The notes under the pieces are model-generated. The model was not told the DNA's origin and searched no databases. It saw only the letters and a list, made by a program, of their open reading frames with translations. Of a DNA stretch of 64,000 bases, positions 54,401 through 64,000 are shown piece by piece. How positions within the stretch are numbered: the stretch's first letter is position 1; every line of letters starts with the position of its first letter. A program made the position numbers and the translations under genes. Source of the DNA: the human T2T-CHM13v2.0 reference genome, Homo sapiens; NCBI RefSeq assembly GCF_009914755.1, contig NC_060934.1; one strand, 5' to 3'.

Positions 54401-54898
54401 TATATAGCCGAAAGAATATAAATCATTCTACTATAAAGATACATGCACACGATGTTTATTGCAGCACTATTTACAATAGCAAAGATATGCAACCAATGCA
54501 AATGCCCATCAATGACAAACTGGATTAAAAAAAGTGTTACTTATACACCAGGGAATACTATGCAGCAATAAAAAGGAAAGAAATCATGTTCTTTGCATGG
54601 ACAGGGCTGAAGCTGGAAGCCATCATACTCAGCAAACTAACACAGGAATAGAAAACCAAACATCACATGTTCTCTCTCATAAGTGGCAGTTGAACATTGA
54701 GATCACATGGACACAGAAAGGAGAACAACACACACCAGGGCCTGTTGTGGGGTGGGGGCTGAGCAGAGGGAACTTAGAGGATGAGTCAATAGTTGCAGCA
54801 AACCACCATGGCACACATATAACTACGTAACAAACCTGCACGTTCTGCTGTTATCCTGTTTTTTTTAATAGAAAAAATAAAGAAAAAATAAAAAATAG
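48479..54898 (+). mobile_element. Full-length inactivated older L1PA (L1PA8A-like), about 6.4 kb
   Basis: 5' caggatggccgact (YY1-like), fragmented ORF1 and ORF2 ([15 protein letters not shown]), 3'UTR; 17-bp TSD aaaagcatttgag(c/t)cat at 48462-48478 and 54899-54915. Confidence 0.93.
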
Positions 54899-55497
54899 AA
54901 AAGCATTTGAGTCATTTTGTATTGAAAATGTTGCAATCCTTTATAAAGGTCCTTAATGGATGTTTATTGATTATTTTATACTTTTATTCTCCACTTTCAG
55001 AGTTTGAGAGATAAATTAGAATAACTGAAACAATAGAGGTCTCAAATGATAGAATAAATAAGTAGTTTTGATATATATGCAATATGCGTGAACACACACA
55101 CTCATAACTAGTATGTTCTGTAAAAATGGAATGTCTTTTCAAATGCACGTAGAAATTGTTTAAAAATTCACGTTGTAAAAAATCAAAGAAAAATTATAAT
55201 TCACAGAATTAATACAGCACAACATAATTTAAAGTAATGCAGTGAATGAGTTTGTTCTCATTTATCTTTCTGAAAATTTTAAGCACAAAGCAAATTTATT
55301 TCAAAGTATTTTTCAGGTTTTTATTCTACTTTAATTTATTCTGAAGTGAAATTCATCAGTTGGCTGTTAATTTCTTAATGTTTTGGCTATCTTTCTTAGG
55401 CTAACATATTAGCTTATATGTTTTACATTTTATTGGAGATCTAATCTTTTTCTCCCTTATCACTTCTCCAGCCCAGTACATTTTTTTAAACACTTGG

Positions 55498-57020
55498 TGA
55501 CATGGTTTGGATGTCTGCACCTTCCAAATCTCATTTTGCACTGTAATTTCCAGTGTTAGAAGTGGGGTCTGGCGGGAGGTGATTGTATACTGGGGACAGA
55601 GCGCTTATGGATAGCTTAGCACCATGCACTTGGTAACAAGCAAGTTCTCTGAGTTCACCTAAGATCTGGTTGTTGAAAAGAGAATTGCACCTCCCTACTG
55701 CCTTGCCCTGTTCTTGCCACATGGTGTGTTGCTCCTGCTTTGCCTTCTGCCATGAGTAAAAGCTTTCTAAGGCTTCACCAGAAGCCAAGAGATGTAAGAA
55801 CTATGCTTGCGCACCCTGCAGAATCATGAGCCAATTAAACTTATTTTTCTTTATAAATTACTCAGCCTCAGGTACTCCTTTATAGTGATGCAAATAGGCT
55901 AACAAGAAAATAGGTACCGAGAAGTTGGGCATTGCTACAAGGGTATCGGAAGATGTGGAATAAGCTTTGGAATTAGGTAACAGGCAGAGGTTGGAAGAGT
56001 TTGGAGTACTCAGAAGAAGATAGACAGATGAGGGAAAGCTTGGCACTTCTTAGAGACTGGTTAAATGATTGTGACCAAGATGCTGATAGAGATATGGACA
56101 GTGAAGTCCAGGCTGATGAGATGTCAGATGGAAACGAGAAAGTTATTGCGGACTAGAGTAAATGTCACCCATGTTATGCCCTAGCAAAGAACTTGGCAGC
56201 TGTATTGTGTTTATGTCCTTGGGATCCATGGAATTTTGAACTGAAGTGGTGACCTAGGATATCTAGTGGAAGAAATTTCTAAGCACAAAGAGTTCGAGAG
56301 GTGGGTTGGGTTCTTCAAACAGCATATGGTCTTATATGAGAGCAAAGAAATGATGCAAAATAGAAAATTATAATTAAAAGGGAAGCAGAGCATAAAATTT
56401 GGAAAATTCATAGCCTAGCCATGTGGCAGAGAAGGAAAAATAATTTTCAGAAGAGGAATACAAGTGAATTGCTGAGAGATTAACATGACTAAATGGGAGC
56501 CAAGAGCTAATATCCAAGACAATGGGAACAAGCTTCAAAGGCATTTCAGAAATCTTCCAGGTTGTCCCTGTCATCACAGGTCCAGAGACTTTGGAGGAAA
56601 GAATGGTTTTGTGGGCCAGGCCCAGGGTACCAGTGCTCTGTGTCATCCTGGGAGGCTGTTTCTTGCATCCAGGCCACTCAGGCTCCAGTCTCAACTCACA
56701 GAGCCTCAGACACAGTTCAGGCCACTGCTCCAGAGGGTGTAAGCTGTAATCGTTGGTGGCTTCCCTATGGTGTGAAGCCTGCAGGTGCAAAGAATGCAAA
56801 TGTGAAGGAGGCTTGAAAAATTTCTCCTAGATTTCAGAAAGCCTTTGTGCCCAGTCAGAAACCAGCCGCAGGGGCAAAGCCCTTGCTGAGAAATTCTACT
56901 AAGGCAGTGTGAAGTGAAATGTGAGGTTGGAGCCCCCACACAGAGTCTCCACCAGGGCATTGCCTACTGGAGCATTGGAAAGTAGTCCACCGCTCTCCAG
57001 ACCCCAGAACACAGACAGCT
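55498..57020 (+). mobile_element. MST (MaLR) 5' LTR (55498-55904) plus truncated internal region
   Basis: tgacatggtttggatg...ctaaca, then gaaaataggtacc...ggtaacaggcagaggttggaagagtttggag internal sequence; no 3' LTR. Confidence 0.85.
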
Positions 57021-57423
57021 TGCTTGCTGAGTCTTCTCGCACTGTCTTTTTTCTCATGACATGCCAGACACTTTGCTTTTACTACTCCTACCCTTGAATG
57101 TCAGACTCCAAGTTCTTCAGCCTTTGAACTCTGGGACTTGCATCAGTGTCCTCCCAGGGACTCTTGGGCCTTCAGCCTCAGACTGAGGGCTGCACCATCA
57201 GCTCCCTGGTTTTGAGGCTTTCAGATTTATACGGGGCCATGGTACCAGCTTCTGTGTTTCCAAGATATATTATATATATGTAATACATGTGTATAAACAT
57301 ATATACACATATATATGTATGTTATCATATATATGATCTGTGTATCATATATATATCCTATTAGTTGTAAATACATTTATTAGGATATATACTCTGTCCC
57401 TCCAGAGAACCCTGACTAATACA
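57018..57423 (+). mobile_element. MLT2 (ERVL) LTR, 3' part
   Basis: tcagactccaagttcttcagcctttg...cagactgagggctgcacc...ctgtccctccagagaaccctgactaataca. Confidence 0.8.
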
Positions 57424-57757
57424 CCTGTTAATCCAGGTTCTCTAATAAAAAACCAGATTCTGACCTGACATTCAAAAATAAAATACACACTAGATCCCCC
57501 AGTTAATGAACAAGAAGAGCACCAAAAAATTATTTCTATGCACCGTTATTTTGTTATCCCATCTTTTATCTCCTTGCTCAGAATTAATAACTATACTCAG
57601 TGGTGTATGTTTTCTTTTTAAAATTTTTGTTCTTCATGTAAACACATATGTCAAAACAATAAATTCTTTGGATTTTCTCATCTGAAAATTGCATATAAAA
57701 GATATGTAATTTTGTAGGACTTCTCCTTAGGCAAGATATTATATTCCTTTAAAAAAC

Positions 57758-58041
57758 TTTTTTGAGTCAGGGTCTCACTCTGTTGCTCAGGCTGGAGTGC
57801 AGTAGCATGATCATAGCTCACTGCAGCCTCGAACACCTGAGTTTAAGCGACCTTCCAACGTCAGCTTCCTGAGTAGCTGGGACTATAGGCATTTTCCACC
57901 ATGCCTAAGTTTTAAATTTTTGTAGAGAGAGGGTCTTGCTATGTTGCCCAAGCTGGTCTCAAATTCCTGGCCCCAAGCATTTCCTCCCACCTTGGCCTCT
58001 GAAAGCACTGGGATTACAGGTATGAACCACCATACCTGGCC
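57758..58041 (-). mobile_element. AluJ
   Basis: agggtctcactctg...atcatagctcactgcagcctcgaac, which is J-diagnostic. Confidence 0.9.
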
Positions 58042-58440
58042 AATATATTACTATGTTTTACCCATGTTATTTTATATAGCTGTAATTCTTTTTGTATCTT
58101 TGTGTATTCCATTGTAAGAATATTCCATAATACTATTTTGGTATCCTTTCTCTTTTCTATGAATATATTATAATATGTGTGGTTTACAGGATTTTTGCTA
58201 TTATTAGCATTCTTTTAAATGTCACTTGTTATTTATATGAGATTTTAATGGATTTATACACAAAGTGAAATTGCTATAGTGTATGATAAATGAAATTTCA
58301 GCATTATGAGTGACTGCTAGATTGGTTTCCAAAGCAATTTTACTAATTTAAACTCCCATCAACAATGTATAAAGGGATCCTGCTAATCCATGATGCTTCT
58401 AATAACTGGCACTCTCAGGTTTTATTTTGAAACTTTATTC

Positions 58441-58734
58441 TTTTTTTTTGAGACAGAGTCTCGCCCTGTGGCCCAGGCAGGAGTGCAGTGGCGTGATCTC
58501 AGCTCACCGCAACCTCTGCCTCCCAGGCTCAAGTGATTCTCCTTCCTCGGGCTCCTGAGTAGCTGGGATTACAGGTATCTGCCGTCATGCCTGGCTAATT
58601 TTTTTTGTATTTTTAGTAGAGATGGGGTTTCACCATCTTGCCCAGGCTGGTCTTGAACTCCTGACCTCAGGTAATCCACCCGCCTAGGCCTCCCAAAGCG
58701 CTGGGAATACAGGCATGAGCCACTGCGCCCTGCC
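58441..58734 (-). mobile_element. Alu (AluS-like)
   Basis: Dimeric antisense Alu; TSD aactttatt. Confidence 0.92.
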
Positions 58735-59299
58735 AACTTTATTTTTTAAAACTAAATTTTATTCAGATCTTGATTTGCATTTTTATAATTGTAATATGGA
58801 AAGCATTTCCATTTTTTTTTATTTTTGAGATAATAGCTCATTTATTTTATTTTGTTTTCCCATTGGATTTTTATTGATTTTAAGAGTCTTTTATATATTT
58901 GATGTTTTTTGTACATTATATATTTTGAAAATATATTTTCAGAATTTATAAAGTAAAATTATAAATAGAATTCCTTAGCATTAAACTTATTCATCTATTA
59001 TTTTATGACATTGAGGATAAAATAAAATTGCCCAATGACAAGTACATTATAAAACTTATTAAAACATACAAAATGATTCTTTCTCAGTCAGAGGTCCTGA
59101 TTAAGCAAAGGCAAAGAGAATGAACAGACCAATAATAAAAGAGAAAATGTAAGAATTTGCAAAACTGATTAGTTTCACTAGCAATAAAAATATGGCAATT
59201 AAGATTCTGTGATTACTCCTTCTCAACTACCAAAATAACTACTATTCAAAAATGAAAATATGCTGGATGTTGATGTATTGAACATGTAGTCTATTATCT

Positions 59300-59462
59300 T
59301 GCACCTGAAATTGTGGTCCTTGAGCTAGTGGCATTGGCATCACCTGGTAACTTGTTATAATTTCAGAATCTCAGGCCACATCCAAGATCTAAGTGAATCA
59401 GAATCTGAATTTTAACAAGATCCCCATGTGACTCATATGATCACCGAAATTCAAAAACACTG
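59300..59462. mobile_element. MER5 (hAT-Charlie) relic
   Basis: catcacctggtaacttgtta...gaatcagaatctgaattttaacaagatccccatgtga. Confidence 0.75.
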
Positions 59463-60137
59463 GTCCAATAAAATATTCTGTTTTTAAGACTGTAATGTGT
59501 TACAATATTTAGGAAAATAATTCAGTAATATTTACTAAGTACATACACAAATCTCTGTGGTAGTATTGCTTATTGCAGAAAAAAAACAAAAAGTATCTCA
59601 AGTGCATGGGAACTGTTAAAAACAAAGCACATCCATGTTATACACTTTTATATAGCCAGTTAAAACATTTATGAAAAGGTTATTAAATAATGGTTGCATG
59701 ACCAGCTACAAAATCACATATACAGTATAAACTCAAAATGTTTTTACAACTACATGAAAAAAAGTATCAACAGAAAATACATTAATATAAAAGGGTTATT
59801 AGCAACTTTCATCATTACATTTTACATACATATTTTACAGGTAATTTTAACAAAATGTAATGGGAGAAATTTTTAATAAAAGAATACTAGGATTCCAGCA
59901 AAAATATGGAATTAAATGGATTGTATGTGGTGTTCATATTTGAATTCTTTGATTGTCTGGCTGAGAGTCTCACGTTGCTTATCCAGTCTCTCATCTATTT
60001 CGATCTTCTAATCTCACTCTCTACTTAATAACAGTCTCCTGGCTCTTTATCCATGTGCATCACTTAGTGGTTCTTGGCTTGCATGCTTCCTCTTTGCATG
60101 ACACTTCTCAGTTTTTCTGGCAATAAACTCTCCTTAC

Positions 60138-60232
60138 CTTGGCTCCAAGATGCCCTCACACCTGCCTAGGAAGCTCCACTGATGAGGCGTGGGCATCTTC
60201 CCCTCTCTGGATAAGGCACGTGAGTGCTGAAC
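60138..60232 (-). other. Candidate 95-nt internal exon in unique DNA
   Basis: Minus-strand acceptor ...caatctttttcag|G and donor CCAAG|GTAAGG; lies downstream of the L1 antisense promoter. Motif evidence only. Confidence 0.45.
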
Positions 60233-61289
60233 CTGAAAAAGATTGAGTGCTAAACCCAAAAGAATAAAACTTTAAAAACAACATTTATTATTAAGTTTGA
60301 GAAGAGATCTGAGAGTAGGAAATTACAGTGAGTGGGTTCTATTTGGATCTGCTAAAATCAGCCAAATTGTAAGGCCAACTTTGAAAACGTGTCATTGCAT
60401 TCTAATCCAAGCAGACCACCATTCATACCTCATTAACCGTTAGAGGAAGTCTCATTTCCCTCCGGCTTCCACTCATGCATCAGGGTGAAAGCTTGTGTGC
60501 CATGATTTATGGAGTTTTCAAGAAAATCTAAGTTTCAAATTGTTAGGTCGGAGAGCAAATATTGACCCTGTACATAAGAAAAAGAAACCAGAACAATTCT
60601 ATAGGCTTTCCCATCTTAGAGAGCTCTTTCCCACCTTAAATAATTGACAAGAACGTTCACACTAGACAGGTTTTTTCAGCCTTTTTCGGATCTAATAAAG
60701 ATGAATGAAGAGTGTATGGACACAGTAAAGCTGAGAAACGGGAAGATAAGAAAACAAAGTAGCATTTCAGTAGCTCATATAACAATTTTTTCTGTAGTGA
60801 AAGGAAAAATGATCATAAAAAATAGGGGATATAAAACAACGAATGTGCTAACTTCTTAACATCATTTCTATGGAGCAATGATAAATGAAGGGTTTGCATT
60901 TGCAGAGAAATGACTAAGACTTTCCAATGGTATTTTATGGTCAGGGTGTGAAAATGTGCAGTAATGACTTGCTTCCTTGTTATTGCGACTTTGGTTTAAG
61001 GCTGCTGACTACATATCTTCATGGCTGCCACAGTGAAGAAAATTCCCCTTTCATAACACAAGAAGTTATCTGAAGTAACCTGTAAGTTTTCATCAGCAAA
61101 AGTCATTGGCACTGATGAAAATATTCACATCAGGTATGGAAAGGAAGGCATATTGAAATAGAAAAAAAATCAACCAGATGAGGAGTCAAATTTACATAGA
61201 AAACCCTCCTCTGTCACACTCTCTTCCTGTCTTTCTTTCACACACATATGGCTAGGTAATTGGAATTGTCAGTTACTTTAAATTATTTA

Positions 61290-62361
<1,072 letters not shown>

Positions 62362-63378
62362 ATGGGGAAAAAACAGAACAGAAAAACTGGAAACTCTAAA
62401 ATGCAGAGCGCCTCTCCTCCTCCAAAGGAACGCAGTTCCTCACCAGCAACGGAACAAAGCTGGATGGAGAATGATTTTGACGAGCTGAGAGAAGAAGGCT
62501 TCAGACAATCAAATTACTCTGAGCTACAGGAGGACATTCAAACCAAAGGCAAAGAAGTTGAAAACTTTGAAAAAAATTTAGAAGAATGTATAACTAGAAT
62601 AACCAATACAGAGAAGTGCTTAAAGTAGCTGATGGAGCTGAAAACCAAGGCTCGAGAACTACGTGAAGAATGCAGAAGCCTCAGGAGCTGATGCGATCAA
62701 CTGGAAGAAAGGGTATCAGCAATGGAAGATGAAATGAATGAAATGAAGCGAGAAGGGAAGTTTAGAGAAAAAAGAATAAAAAGAAATGAGCAAAGCCTCC
62801 AAGAAATATGGGACTATGTGAAAAGACCAAATCTACGTCTGATTGGTGTACCTGAAAGTGATGTGGAGAATGGAACCATGTTGGAAAACACTCTGCAGGA
62901 TATTATCCAGGAGAACTTCCCCAATCTAGCAAGGCAGGCCAACGTTCAGATTCAGGAAATACAGAGAACGCCACAAAGATACTCCTCGAGGAGAGCAACT
63001 CTAAGACACATAATTGTCAGATTCACCAAAGTTGAAATGAAGGAAAAAATGTTAAGGACAGCCAGAGAGAAAGGTCGGGTTACCCTCAAAGGAAAGCCCA
63101 TCAGACTAACAGCGGATCTCTCGGCAGAAACCCTACAAGCCAGAAGAGAGTGGGGGCCAATATTCAACATTCTTAAAGAAAAGAATTTTCAACCCAGAAT
63201 TTCATATCCAGCCAAACTAAGCTTCATAAGTGAAGGAGAAATAAAATACTTTATAGACAAGCAAATGCTGAGAGATTTTGTCACCACCAGGCCTGCCCTA
63301 AAAGAGCTCCTGAAGGAAGCGCTAAACATGGAAAGGAACAACCGGTACCAGCCGCTGCAAAATCATGCCAAAATGTAA
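62362..63378 (+). pseudogene. L1 ORF1p (RNA chaperone) with two premature stops
   Basis: MGKKQNRKTGNSK...RYQPLQNHAKM; in-frame TAG at 62626-62628 and TGA at 62689-62691. Confidence 0.93.
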
Positions 63379-63441
63379 AGACCATCAAGACTAGGAAGAA
63401 ACTGCATCAACTAATGAGCAAAATCACCAGCTAACATCATA

Positions 63442-64000
63442 ATGACAGGATCAAATTCACACATAACAATATTAACTTTAAATATAAATGGACTAAATTC
63501 TGCAATTAAAAGACACAGACTGGCAAGTTGGATAAAGAGTCAAGTCCCATCAGTGTGCTGTATTCAGGAAACACATCTCACGTGCAGAGACACACATAGG
63601 CTCAAAATAAAAGGATGGAGGAAGATCTACCAAGCAAATGGAAAACAAAAAAAGGCAGGGGTTGCAATCCTAGTCTCGATAAAACAGACTTTAAACCAAC
63701 AAAGATCAAAAGAGACAAAGAAGGCCATTACATAATGGTAAAGGGATCAATTCAACAAGAGGAGCTAACTATCCTAAATATTTATGCACCCAATACAGGA
63801 GCACCCAGATTCATAAAGCAAGTCCTGAGTGACCTACAAAGAGACTTAGACTCCCACACATTAATAATGGGAGACTTTAACACCCCACTGTCAACATTAG
63901 ACAGATTAATGAGACAGAAAGTCAACAAGGATACCCAGGAATTGAACTCAGCTCTGCACCAAGTGGACCTAATAGACATCTACAGAACTCTCCACCCCAA
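63442..64000 (+). pseudogene. L1 ORF2p endonuclease domain, frameshifted
   Basis: MTGSNSHITILTLNINGLN...; 1-bp deletion at about 63677 (gtctcgataaa versus consensus gtctctgataaa) shifts the frame after AGVAILVS. Confidence 0.9.

Noticed and set aside
48479-54898. Full-length L1 as a possibly active element
   Set aside because: Numerous stops, frameshifts and small deletions in both ORFs; CpG-depleted 5'UTR.

Overview
Primate (human-like) AT-rich, repeat-dense genomic DNA: intergenic or inside a large intron. I cannot recognise any cellular protein-coding exon, tRNA, rRNA or CRISPR array. Roughly two thirds of the window is transposable-element sequence. LINE-1s: a minus-strand L1MA (about 2.2-9.3 kb) carrying a 5'-inverted L1PA, a truncated L1PB, a full-length older L1PA (48.5-54.9 kb), and a young L1PA2/L1HS-like copy from 61454 that runs off the end. 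Also present: about 12 Alus, ERV1 solo LTRs (LTR28-like, LTR8, MER41B), MaLR/ERVL LTRs, MIR/L2/MER relics and a 0.9-kb complex GGGA(TA)n VNTR. Nearly all ORFs in the track are L1 remnants, Alu-derived or chance ORFs. The best lead is the young L1: its ORF1 and ORF2 are broken, but it keeps an intact antisense ORF0 with its splice donors. About 1.2 kb downstream on the minus strand, in unique DNA, lies a 95-nt exon candidate with strong splice sites, which predicts an L1 antisense-promoter chimeric transcript and ORF0 fusion peptides. This is a sequence-based hypothesis that needs RNA evidence. Subfamily names come from recalled consensus sequences, not a database search.
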